Origin: Candidatus Moraniibacteriota bacterium
GTDB taxonomy: Bacteria > Patescibacteriota > Minisyncoccia > Moranbacterales > UBA1568
Direction of reading: 5' to 3'
NCBI GenBank assembly: GCA_903859375.1
Contig: CAIOMK010000030.1
Location: forward strand, 5,238 to 69,237
DNA: 64,000 nucleotides
This document shows positions 8,269-17,451 of the stretch, piece by piece; within the stretch, counting starts at the first letter, position 1; every line of letters begins with the position of its first letter. The position numbers and the translations under genes were made by a program. The notes beneath the pieces were generated by a model, which was not told the origin of the DNA, did no database searches, and saw only the letters and a program-made list of their open reading frames with translations.

Positions 8269-9246
8269 TTATTTCCGTCCGTCACGTCCTTTGATCCACG
8301 TGCTCCCATCTTGATTCATGATGATTGGAATATCGCGAAACGAAAGATTTTTCGTCGTCATATCAACGGTCATTGAGACAAGCAACCCGTTTTTTGTATT
8401 CTCGTCCCCATATTGGTCGAAGATGAAATTGCCGAGGGAATAATATATCGTTTTGTCATTGTACGTTTCCGTCTCCTGTACGATATGTGGATGAGAGCCG
8501 ATGATCGCATCGCATCCCGCCTCGATGAACGAATGCGCGAGCGTGCGGATGTCGTCTTGGACCGGCAGATATTCCAAGCCCCAGTGGGCATAGAGAATAA
8601 CGATATCCGCTTCGCCACGCGCCTTCGTGATATCCGCAAACGCTTTCTCTTTCCCTTTGTATGCGAACGCATCGTAGTTCACGAACGCGATTTTCGTATC
8701 CGATATCGTCCGTATGGATATGCGGTCATCGGAAGTCGGATCACCGAAAAAAGTGACGCCGGCTTGGCTGAGATATTGTTTCGTTTCCGCGATACCGGGT
8801 GTCCCCTGATTGGATATGTGGTTGTTGCCGAGATTGACCGGGCCGATTTTTTCCGTGGCGAGCGTCGTGGCCCACCTCGGATCGAATGTGAAGTGATAGT
8901 TTTCACTTGACCCGATCTCGGAGCCGATACTCGTCGATACGGCATTGGTGATCGGGCCCTCGAGATTGGCCACTGTCATGTCGTGAGCCAGGATTTCGGT
9001 ACGTACGCCGTTGAAGACGAACCCATTCCCCTTCTTCGCGGTCATCTCCCGTATCCACCGATCGAACATCATGTCACCCCCGAATAGGATGCGGAATGTG
9101 CCGGCATCCCGCGAGACGGTCTGTTCTGAGACGACGCGTCTTGATGCGGCTTCGGAAGCCGACGACCGGACATACCACAAAAACATGACCAGGCCGATGG
9201 CAACCAGTCCCCCGAACACCGATATGATGATATGACGTGTCCTCAT
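8269..9246 (-). CDS. CapA family metallophosphoesterase, membrane anchored
   Basis: GDMM, NLE, NNH, HWG, GSHPH, YSLGNF; N-terminal TM; start placed at ATG 9246. Confidence 0.92.
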   Translation of the reverse strand: MRTRHIIISVFGGLVAIGLVMFLWYVRSSASEAASRRVVSEQTVSRDAGTFRILFGGDMMFDRWIREMTAKKGNGFVFNGVRTEILAHDMTVANLEGPITNAVSTSIGSEIGSSENYHFTFDPRWATTLATEKIGPVNLGNNHISNQGTPGIAETKQYLSQAGVTFFGDPTSDDRISIRTISDTKIAFVNYDAFAYKGKEKAFADITKARGEADIVILYAHWGLEYLPVQDDIRTLAHSFIEAGCDAIIGSHPHIVQETETYNDKTIYYSLGNFIFDQYGDENTKNGLLVSMTVDMTTKNLSFRDIPIIMNQDGSTWIKGRDGRK

Positions 9247-9257
9247 CCCGCTTCGCC

Positions 9258-9563
9258 TCAATGAATCAGCCGATCTCCGGATATGAATGCGTATGTGAGA
9301 TACAAAAAGGCGAGATTCTCGATCATGAGGATCGGGATACCGACCAGGAAATACCACTTGCGTATCTTGTGGTGTAGCAAAAACATGCCGGCATATATGC
9401 CGAAACTGCCAAATGCCGCGGCCATGAAAAATAGTATACCTTCGGGAATCCTTTGCGTGCCGTCTTTCCGTGAACGTTCCTTGTCGATAAACATAGTCGT
9501 TATCGCGACGATATTCGTGGCGATAAAGAAGGTGATGAAGATGAGTAATGCTGCGTTTCCCAT
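9258..9563 (-). CDS. DUF1294 family membrane protein
   Basis: DKERS...RIPEGIL...GSFGIYAGM...HHKIRK pattern. Confidence 0.88.
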   Translation of the reverse strand: MGNAALLIFITFFIATNIVAITTMFIDKERSRKDGTQRIPEGILFFMAAAFGSFGIYAGMFLLHHKIRKWYFLVGIPILMIENLAFLYLTYAFISGDRLIH

Positions 9564-9716
9564 GGCGTTTTCGTATTCATGATCAAAAACAGTCGTCTGA
9601 TGTATCCGTCTCGCGTCACCATCCTAGCATTTACCGCACATATGCTCAATCGACATACCACGAACCGCGACGGTGTCAATATCGCTACATTGTCATTAAA
9701 ACTGTACAATGAAGCC

Positions 9717-11678
9717 ATGAAACGGAATATGATTTATTTTTGCGATATCGCGCCGGTTCTGCCTATCCCGCTGGGAAACAGGCAGGTGTTTTCCTATCTT
9801 TCGGAGTCGGAGATCAAAAGGGGCGCACTTGTATGGATACCGTTCGGACCACGTACCGTAAAGGGAGTCATCTTGGCGTGTGCCGAAATCACGCGTGCCG
9901 AACATCCGAGTGGCAGATTCAAATTCGTGAAGTCGGTCATACGGGAGGCGTTCCTCACCGACGGACAGGTGTCTCTCGCCGAATCCGTTTCCAAGGAATG
10001 TCTTACCCCTCTCGGCAAGACCTTTCGTCATTTTCTTCCGGCAGTCGTCAAAGAGCGCCAGAAAGATGCGATGGCCGATCCGATGGAAAAACCCCCGTTC
10101 CGAATGACGGATGACGAGAAGGAAGCCGTCGCCGTACTTACCGGGCCGTCCGATGGACGACCGTATTTTTTGGAGGCGGATATCGGACAATCACTTCGCA
10201 TCGTGATCGGTGCAAAGCGGACGCTCGGTCAGAAATCCCAGGTACTGGTTCTCGTTCCTGAAATTATTTCCATACCGTACGTGGAGCGTACGTTGCGAGA
10301 ACGGTTCGGTTCGGATTCCGTCGCGTCTTTGCATAGCGGACTCGGTTCCGGTGCGTTTTTCTCGGCATGGGAGCGGATACGAAGTGGAGAGGCGAACGTC
10401 ATCGTCGGGACGAGACAGGCTCTTTTCGCGCCGTTTCAGAATCTCGCACTCATTGCCATGCTCGAGGAGGCGGAAACGGTCGGCTACAAACAATGGGACA
10501 TGAGTCCGCGCTATGACGCCCGACATGTGGCATCCACGCTCGCCTCACTTCATACCGCACACATCTTGTTCGCCGGTTCGGTACAGGGTCTCGATACCGG
10601 ATTGCGTGAACGGCTCGGAGAGGTCCGTGTCCTGAGGATAGGAGAAAGTGAGCCTCTTCCGACACCACCGATCACGATGGTCGATATGCGGAAAGAACGA
10701 TGGAAGAAAAACTATTCCCTGTTTTCCGAAGATCTCCGAAGCGCCATCACCGATGCCCGCAGGAACGGCCGACATGTCATTCTGATAGCGAATCGTGGTG
10801 GACTCGACTCATTTTCAGTCTGTGTCTCGTGCAAGGAAGTGCCACGCTGTCCGGAATGCGATCGGGCGCTCCGTTCGACACGGGAAGGAAGTTTCCGCTG
10901 TCCGGCCTGTCCTTATAAGACGAAAACATTTCCCCGATGCGCGAAATGTGGATCACTCGAGTTCAAAAACATCGGATCCGGTACCGAAAAGATCGAACGC
11001 GAGGCGGCTCGTGCGTTTGGAAACGCGTCGCTGTTCCGTATCGACGAATCCTCATTCAGAAAGTCAGATCGGGAAAAGGCATACGATGCGGTGATTTCTT
11101 CCGGGATTGTCGTGGGGACCCCGTCCCTTCTCAATATCGGTAAGTTGCCTGATAGCCCGCTTATTGCTATCATGGATGCAGATAATTTCCTTTCATTTCC
11201 TGACTTTCAGGCAGATGAACGGTTCCTGAGGATCGTCGCCAAAGCACTTTCCATCGCCGGGGCGGGCGGACGGGTCATCATCCAGACATTTCATCCGGAA
11301 CGGGAGATGCTTATGCATATCTCGGACCAATCCGTCATCACATTGATGGAGAAAACATCCAGGGACCGGGAAGTTCTCCGATACCCCCCATATTTTAGGA
11401 TTTTCCGCATCGCTTTCCGAGATCGGGTCGAGGCGGAATCGATCCGCTTGGCGGACGAGGCATACACCCTCCTTTCGGCGCAGGGTGTCGCGGATGCGAA
11501 TATCCGCATTTCTCCCCCGATGAAACCGCTTTCTCCGAAAGCCCGCGGGCGATATGAACGGATTATCCTTGTCACCGGACCCCGGGATGAGCCTTTTCCG
11601 GAATCGTTACAATCCATATTACTCGGCATGTCCAAATCATGGGCATTCGATCCGGATCCCTTGTCCATGCTCGGATAA
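9717..11678 (+). CDS. priA: Primosomal protein N' with degenerate helicase motifs
   Basis: IPFGPR 3'-binding domain, LVLVPEI, LHS, GTR, PRYDAR, four CxxC (CVSC, CPEC, CPAC, CAKC), GTEKIE, IQT, YPPY; precedes def-fmt; start uncertain (9717 or 9729). Confidence 0.92.
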   Translation: MKRNMIYFCDIAPVLPIPLGNRQVFSYLSESEIKRGALVWIPFGPRTVKGVILACAEITRAEHPSGRFKFVKSVIREAFLTDGQVSLAESVSKECLTPLGKTFRHFLPAVVKERQKDAMADPMEKPPFRMTDDEKEAVAVLTGPSDGRPYFLEADIGQSLRIVIGAKRTLGQKSQVLVLVPEIISIPYVERTLRERFGSDSVASLHSGLGSGAFFSAWERIRSGEANVIVGTRQALFAPFQNLALIAMLEEAETVGYKQWDMSPRYDARHVASTLASLHTAHILFAGSVQGLDTGLRERLGEVRVLRIGESEPLPTPPITMVDMRKERWKKNYSLFSEDLRSAITDARRNGRHVILIANRGGLDSFSVCVSCKEVPRCPECDRALRSTREGSFRCPACPYKTKTFPRCAKCGSLEFKNIGSGTEKIEREAARAFGNASLFRIDESSFRKSDREKAYDAVISSGIVVGTPSLLNIGKLPDSPLIAIMDADNFLSFPDFQADERFLRIVAKALSIAGAGGRVIIQTFHPEREMLMHISDQSVITLMEKTSRDREVLRYPPYFRIFRIAFRDRVEAESIRLADEAYTLLSAQGVADANIRISPPMKPLSPKARGRYERIILVTGPRDEPFPESLQSILLGMSKSWAFDPDPLSMLG

Positions 11679-11711
11679 CCGATATTACCCTCTCCAGAAT
11701 TTTTCCTGTTT

Positions 11712-12182
11712 ATGTTCAATATCATCACATTTGACAATGACGATGCCGCCGTCTTGAGAAAGAAGGCTTCCCGTATCGCCGATCCGACCTCGCCCGAGAT
11801 GATCGCGCTCGTTCCGAAAATGATCGAGGCGATGAGACTCGCCGACGGCACCGGACTTGCCGCTCCGCAGGTCGGTCTTTCAATCCGCCTATTTGTCATC
11901 GAGACGGGCGGTCGTGTCACAGTCGTGTTCAACCCGGTCATCATCGAATATTCCGAGGAAAAGACCGTTTCCGAAGAGGGTTGCCTCAGTGTGCCGAACG
12001 AGTACTTTCCCATCGAGCGTTTCACCCGCATCAGGATGGAATATCAGGATATCGAAGGAAAGAAACATATAATAGACGCAGATGGGTTTCTTTCGACCGT
12101 GCTCCAACATGAGTACGATCATCTCGATGGAGTACTTATCATAGACCGTTTCACTCTGCAACATTCACCCGATCGCCTATGA
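11712..12182 (+). CDS. def: Peptide deformylase
   Basis: GLAAPQ, EGCLS, QHEYDHLDG. Confidence 0.98.
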   Translation: MFNIITFDNDDAAVLRKKASRIADPTSPEMIALVPKMIEAMRLADGTGLAAPQVGLSIRLFVIETGGRVTVVFNPVIIEYSEEKTVSEEGCLSVPNEYFPIERFTRIRMEYQDIEGKKHIIDADGFLSTVLQHEYDHLDGVLIIDRFTLQHSPDRL

Positions 12183-13219
12183 CATTCGACATTACGCCGA
12201 AACAGGAACCGATACCCCCGATCGACACGGCCGAGGCGCAGGCAGCTGGCAGGATATCTCGTCCGGCGACACCGGACATCCGGGTCGTTTTCATGGGGAC
12301 GCCCGAATTTTCGAAAGACATACTCGAGGGGTTGCTCGACTGCGATTACCATATCGTCGCGTGTTACACGAGGCCGGACAAGCCTGTCGGACGAAAACAG
12401 GAATTGACGCTTTCTCCCGTGAAACGGCTTTCCATAGAGCGGAATATTCCCGTTGAACAGCCGATCAGATTCGATGTGGCAGCGATCGATCAGCTCCGTT
12501 CATATCATCCGGACCTCGTCGTCGTCGCCGCGTATGGCAGACTGCTCCCGGAACATGCGCTTTCCGTTCCGAAATTCGGATGCCTGAACGTCCATACGTC
12601 CCTTCTCCCCCGTTGGCGCGGTGCTTCGCCAGTCCAAAACGCATTGCTTGCCGGCGATACCGGTACCGGAGTTACCATAATCCATATGGACGCCGGAATG
12701 GACACCGGACCGATACTCGCACAGGAAGCGTTTCATATACGCGATAACGATACCCGAGATTCCCTCCTTTCACGCATGACGGAGGATGGGATTCGGCTTC
12801 TGGTAGACAGTATCCCGCGATGGGTCGAGCATCGGATTATTCCCCTTGAACAGGACGGCTCTCAGGCCACACTCTGCCAGCTTATAGAACGCGAAGACGG
12901 GCATATCTTTTGGAGCGAATCGGCCGAGTCTGTTTTGAACCGGTATCGGGCGCTTCATCCGTGGCCCGGCATTTTCACCTTTTGGAATCGTACGGAAGGC
13001 CTCCTCCGCCTCAAATTGGTCCGCATCTCGATCCAGAAGTCAGATCCGTCCACCAGTCATTCTTTCGGAGAAGTATTTCAATCGGGTGAGAAGATCGCTG
13101 TTCAGACCGGAGTGGGCTTGGTGTTCATCGAAGAGGTTCAGCCGGAAGGCAAAAATGTCATGCCTATACGTGATTTTCTGAACGGCCGGCCGGATTTTAT
13201 CGGTGCCATACTTACCTGA
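12179..13219 (+). CDS. fmt: Methionyl-tRNA formyltransferase
   Basis: FMGTPEF, NVHTSLLPRWRGASP, DAGMDTG; ATGA overlap with def. Confidence 0.97.
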   Translation: MTFDITPKQEPIPPIDTAEAQAAGRISRPATPDIRVVFMGTPEFSKDILEGLLDCDYHIVACYTRPDKPVGRKQELTLSPVKRLSIERNIPVEQPIRFDVAAIDQLRSYHPDLVVVAAYGRLLPEHALSVPKFGCLNVHTSLLPRWRGASPVQNALLAGDTGTGVTIIHMDAGMDTGPILAQEAFHIRDNDTRDSLLSRMTEDGIRLLVDSIPRWVEHRIIPLEQDGSQATLCQLIEREDGHIFWSESAESVLNRYRALHPWPGIFTFWNRTEGLLRLKLVRISIQKSDPSTSHSFGEVFQSGEKIAVQTGVGLVFIEEVQPEGKNVMPIRDFLNGRPDFIGAILT

Positions 13220-13303
13220 CCGATCGCATCCTCCCTGAAAAGTGGTATACTGTCGTCAATGATTGAAACGTTTCATTCATAATGTAAAACGAACAGGAAA
13301 ACT

Positions 13304-14107
13304 ATGAGACAACAGATTCTTTCCAGACAGGATGTGACAGCCGTAGTCGTCGGTTTCAGTCTTATCGTTGTAGTGAGCTCGTTTTTTCTTCTGAGGGGTT
13401 CTTTTGAGGATTCCAAGAAAACGCAATCTGCATCAGACCAAAGCGGTACCGCAAAAAAGGTACTGCTCCCATTCGTGGCCGTCCTCGATCTCCGGACGCT
13501 TCTGGTAACGGATGCCGCCGCCATACGAGTGGTGGATCTTAGGACTGATTCCGATTTTCGTCTCGCTCATGTGGTCGGTTCGGTTTTAGCCACTTCTCCC
13601 GACGCCGTTTCTGCCGTCAGTCTCCCGTCCGGAGGAACGCTCGTTCTCATTCCTTCCGGAAACGACGATATCAATCAGGCCGTTCAAGAGGATCTCTCCA
13701 AAGGTGAGCGGAAGTTCGCGTTTCTGAAAAACGGTCTCTCCGACTGGGTGTCCGCAGGTGGAACCATCGTTACCGAGCCGAATTTTTCATCGGCAATCGA
13801 CCGCTCGAAAGTCACCTTCATCAAGCCTGTCGCCTGGAACGATATGATTGCGAAGAAGGACATACGGTACCGCATTCTCGATGTCCGACCTTCATTCGAA
13901 TCATCCAAATCTGCCATAGTCGGAGCCTTGAATATTCCCTTTGATGAACTTGAAAACCGTCGCGCCGAGTTGCCGATAGCCAGCAATATAGCCCTGTGCG
14001 CAGGCAACACCGACGACGCGTACCGTGGGGCGATACGGCTTTTCGACCTTGGTTTCTTTTCGGTAAAGACTCTCGATGGGGCATGTTCCGATATCGCGGT
14101 GAAATAG
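13304..14107 (+). CDS. Membrane-anchored tandem rhodanese-domain protein
   Basis: N-terminal TM; VDLR...F...HVVGS and LDVR...GALNIP; Cys only in the second domain (LCAG). Confidence 0.8.
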   Translation: MRQQILSRQDVTAVVVGFSLIVVVSSFFLLRGSFEDSKKTQSASDQSGTAKKVLLPFVAVLDLRTLLVTDAAAIRVVDLRTDSDFRLAHVVGSVLATSPDAVSAVSLPSGGTLVLIPSGNDDINQAVQEDLSKGERKFAFLKNGLSDWVSAGGTIVTEPNFSSAIDRSKVTFIKPVAWNDMIAKKDIRYRILDVRPSFESSKSAIVGALNIPFDELENRRAELPIASNIALCAGNTDDAYRGAIRLFDLGFFSVKTLDGACSDIAVK

Positions 14108-14136
14108 TTTCCGAATCACGACCGCATCTTCATCTT

Positions 14137-14835
14137 ATGGAATTCGTACGTGGATACTCGAAAAAAGACGACGGGTCGATGTATCTGTCCGCGAACGGGT
14201 TCGATCCGGAGAACGTCTCGAACAGACGACGTTTTTTCAGTACGGAAGGACATGACGGGATGCCGGTCATCGCGGCCGGCCTGATACATGGCACGGCGAT
14301 ATCCGTCGTCGACTTGAAATCGCCGGTATACATCAGCGAGACAGACGCGCTTGTCACGGACAAGCCCGGTATCCTGCTATCGCTTACCGGAGCCGACTGT
14401 TTCCCTGTTTTTTTCGAGGATCCGTATGCCGGGAACATCGGTATCTGTCATGCAGGGTGGCGAGGTATCCTCGGTGGTATCGTGCCGGGAACAGCCGAGG
14501 CTCTCCATACGCTCGGTTCGGATACGAAGCATATCGCCGTTCATATCGGGTCGGGAATCTGTGCCGATCATTTTGAAATCGGACCGGATGTCGTCCCCTT
14601 CTTCGAGTCGTACAAAGAAGCGATTCATCATATCGGCACGGGTGATGACAAGAAAATTCTCGTCGATCTGAAACGGATTATACGACGCCAGCTTACTGAT
14701 ACCGGCATCACCGAGGACCATATTTCGGATGCGAATGAATGCACTTATTGCCTGGAGGAAACATACTATTCGTTTCGGCGGGACCATCCGGACACGCCGC
14801 AGACACAAGTCGCCTATATCGGAATGAGGGCATGA
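14137..14835 (+). CDS. pgeF: PgeF/YfiH family protein
   Basis: IHG, DALVT, ADC, HAGWRG, CTYC, YSFRR; start placed at ATG 14137. Confidence 0.92.
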   Translation: MEFVRGYSKKDDGSMYLSANGFDPENVSNRRRFFSTEGHDGMPVIAAGLIHGTAISVVDLKSPVYISETDALVTDKPGILLSLTGADCFPVFFEDPYAGNIGICHAGWRGILGGIVPGTAEALHTLGSDTKHIAVHIGSGICADHFEIGPDVVPFFESYKEAIHHIGTGDDKKILVDLKRIIRRQLTDTGITEDHISDANECTYCLEETYYSFRRDHPDTPQTQVAYIGMRA

Positions 14836-14876
14836 AAAAACCACGGACACCCGTGGTTTTTCAGAAGATGGCGTTC

Positions 14877-15155
14877 TTATTTTTCCACAATCGCGAGTAC
14901 GTCTTTGGTGGCGACGATGACATGGTCGATACCGTCGACTTTGACGTCCGCACCACCGTAGCGGGTGTAAATGACGGTCTGCCCCTTCTTCACCTTGATC
15001 TTCTCACTGTCTCCGACAGCGATCACCTTGCCTTGCTGCGGCCGTTCTTCCGAGGCGTTTTCCGGAAGATAGATTCCGGCCGATGTCTTTTTCTCCGGCT
15101 TTTCCGGAGAGATGAGGATGTATTCCCCGAGCGGTTTTACGTTCGTTGTCGACAT
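14877..15155 (-). CDS. groES: Co-chaperonin GroES
   Basis: KPLG, TSAGIYLP mobile loop, GKVIAVG, YGG, DVLAIV. Confidence 0.96.
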   Translation of the reverse strand: MSTTNVKPLGEYILISPEKPEKKTSAGIYLPENASEERPQQGKVIAVGDSEKIKVKKGQTVIYTRYGGADVKVDGIDHVIVATKDVLAIVEK

Positions 15156-15175
15156 ATGTATTCGGTATTTTCTGA

Positions 15176-16498
15176 TTATTTCCCGATCAGCTTCAGCATA
15201 AGTTCGATCGCCTTGTCTTTTTGGGGATCATTACCGGCTTTGATATCGTCAATCGTTATGCCGACTTCCGTATCGGGAGAGATGCCTTTTTCATTGATCT
15301 GATTCCCATTCGGGGTGAGCCAGCGGGCGATGGTGACTTTGACCGACATGTCCGCGCCGACGGGAATGAGTTCCTGAACGGATCCTTTGCCATATGACTT
15401 CTTGCCGACAAGCGAGACATTTGTCCGGTCCTCACGAAGCGCTCCCGCGAGTATTTCCGATGCGCTCGCGCTTCCCTCATCGATAAGTACGATGGTCGGT
15501 ATATCGGACAACACGTCGCCGCCGAGCGTATTTTCAGCTTTCTTTTCGCCCTTGCCGTTCTCTTCCCAGACGACCGTCTTGCCGGATGGGATCATGAGAC
15601 TGGCCATGGATACCGCCGCGTCGAGGAGCCCTCCCGGATTGCTCCGTAGATCGAGGATGATGCCTTTCGGAGGTTTCGTTTTCAGTTGGGATACGGCGAC
15701 ATGGAATTCGCTGTCCGTGTCGTCACCGAATTTGCTGACCCGCAAGACGGCGATACCGTCGTCACGGACATCAAGTTTCACGCTCTTCACATTGATGACA
15801 TCGCGGATAACGGGAATTTCGCGTGATTCCAATTCACCGCTCCGATAGATGGTCAGTTTCACTTCCGTTCCTTTCTGTCCGCGTATCTTGCCTACAGCCT
15901 GTTCAAGCGCCATTCCTGTCGTCTTTTCGCCGTCTATTTTGAGCACCTTGTCGTTCGGACGAAGACCCGCTTTCTCTGCCGGGGTTCCGTCGAGTGGCGC
16001 GATAACGGTCAGGATGTCGTCCCGCATGCCCATTTCGGCACCGATCCCCTGGAACTTCCCGGACATATCTTCATTGAAAGACTTCTGTTCTTCCGGATCA
16101 AAAAATGTCGTATACGGATCTCCGGTCGCCGCAAGCATTCCCTTGATTGATCCGTAGAAAAGCTTTTTCGCATCAAGATTCCCCCGGTCGACATATTTAT
16201 CCTTGAGAATATTCCAGACTTTCCAGAACAGGGAGAAATCGATCGTGTTTTCTTGGTTGGCCGTGTTGGAAAAAACCGCCGAGCTCGGAGAAAGGACTGA
16301 TGAGGCATTCGAACCTGTCCCGATTGATCCCCGGTCCAGACCGAACAGATAAGAACCATACATGGCGGCACACACGAAAAACACACCGAGCACTTTGGTG
16401 ACGAGACGGCGGTTGCTTCGTTCCATGTTCGCCGGGTCCGGCGTCGGTTCGGAAGTATTGACTGCTTCTCCAGGTGTCGTTTGTTCTTCGTTCATCAT
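15176..16498 (-). CDS. ctpA: C-terminal processing peptidase (S41A) with PDZ domain
   Basis: GDPYT, GIG (PDZ), DLRSNPGG, SASASEI, GKGSVQ, TPNG. Confidence 0.95.
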   Translation of the reverse strand: MMNEEQTTPGEAVNTSEPTPDPANMERSNRRLVTKVLGVFFVCAAMYGSYLFGLDRGSIGTGSNASSVLSPSSAVFSNTANQENTIDFSLFWKVWNILKDKYVDRGNLDAKKLFYGSIKGMLAATGDPYTTFFDPEEQKSFNEDMSGKFQGIGAEMGMRDDILTVIAPLDGTPAEKAGLRPNDKVLKIDGEKTTGMALEQAVGKIRGQKGTEVKLTIYRSGELESREIPVIRDVINVKSVKLDVRDDGIAVLRVSKFGDDTDSEFHVAVSQLKTKPPKGIILDLRSNPGGLLDAAVSMASLMIPSGKTVVWEENGKGEKKAENTLGGDVLSDIPTIVLIDEGSASASEILAGALREDRTNVSLVGKKSYGKGSVQELIPVGADMSVKVTIARWLTPNGNQINEKGISPDTEVGITIDDIKAGNDPQKDKAIELMLKLIGK

Positions 16499-17307
16499 TC
16501 GTGTTTTGGAAGTGGTTTACCGAAATATTTCCAAAAATACTTCATTGCGCTCGATATATGATACCATGTCAGCCGATTCAGTAGAAGGGAACGGAGGAAG
16601 CTGCCGCTCGCACTCCCCTTTCCGTGATAATGGTAGACGGGAATGGATGGAACATGCATGACCTTCCATCCGGCATCCCAAAATCGGCGACACCAGTCGA
16701 CATCCTCCATATACATGAAAAATCTCGTATCCATGGATCCGATTTCCTCGGCCGCGGACCGGCGTACGAACATCGCCGAGCCCATGATCCAATCGACCGT
16801 CCGTGGGTCCTTCCGGTCATAGTCCTTCATGAGGAACCAATCGAGATGCCTCCGACCGAACGGAAGCTTTCCCAACATGGTTCGACGATAGAGAATCGTC
16901 CAGGGTCGATAGAAGCGGAAACAGGATACCTGCTCGCTCCCGTTGAAATTTATCTGTCTCGGTCCGATAACGCCGATATGTGGATCGGACTCCATGAACC
17001 GGATCAAGGAAGGAACCGTCTCTTCGGTCAGGATGATATCGTGATTAATAAGAAAGAGGAATTCCCCTTTTGATTCCTCGAGTGAGCGATTGAGTAGTAC
17101 ACGGAATCCGACATTGCGTTCATAGGGAAAAAACCGTGCCTGTGGAAATTCTTCCATTACGAGTCGGGTGGCCTCTTCGGTGTCACTGTCAACGACGAGC
17201 ACCTCGAAATCCTCCTTTCCTGCGAAGCGAAAAACCGACTCGAGGCAGAGACGGAGCAATTCCGGGTTGCGATAACTGTTGATGGCGATGGAAATTTTCG
17301 GTCGCAT
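16495..17307 (-). CDS. GT2 glycosyltransferase (WbbL/rhamnosyltransferase-like)
   Basis: VVDS, NVGF, NHD, GSAM, FFMYMEDVDWC; start placed at ATG 17307. Confidence 0.92.
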   Translation of the reverse strand: MRPKISIAINSYRNPELLRLCLESVFRFAGKEDFEVLVVDSDTEEATRLVMEEFPQARFFPYERNVGFRVLLNRSLEESKGEFLFLINHDIILTEETVPSLIRFMESDPHIGVIGPRQINFNGSEQVSCFRFYRPWTILYRRTMLGKLPFGRRHLDWFLMKDYDRKDPRTVDWIMGSAMFVRRSAAEEIGSMDTRFFMYMEDVDWCRRFWDAGWKVMHVPSIPVYHYHGKGSASGSFLRSLLLNRLTWYHISSAMKYFWKYFGKPLPKHE

Positions 17308-17345
17308 GTGTTTGGATTCATCTGATTCTGATACCGTCTCTTCAA

Positions 17346-17450
17346 GATTTCGGGAGAGTGCTATGGCTTTCATCCACCATCCCCCTGGGAAAGGCTATCG
17401 CACTTGTGGCTCCCGGGCAAGCGGATGAACCCGCCTTGTCTCTCTGAATC
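17346..17450. other. About 105-nt intergenic multi-segment stem-loop (possible structured RNA)
   Basis: Nested complementary blocks GATT/AATC, GAGAG/CTCTC, GGC/GCC, TTCATCC/GGATGAA, CCC/GGG, GGGA/TCCC. Confidence 0.55.
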
Positions 17451-17451
17451 G

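Noticed and set aside
8269-9246. Poly-gamma-glutamate capsule operon
   Set aside because: Only a CapA-family gene is present; capB and capC are absent from the window.
17346-17450. SRP RNA or 6S RNA
   Set aside because: No SRP helix-8 CAGG/GNRA/AGCA signature; shorter than typical 6S RNA and without a clear central bubble. Kept only as an unassigned structure.
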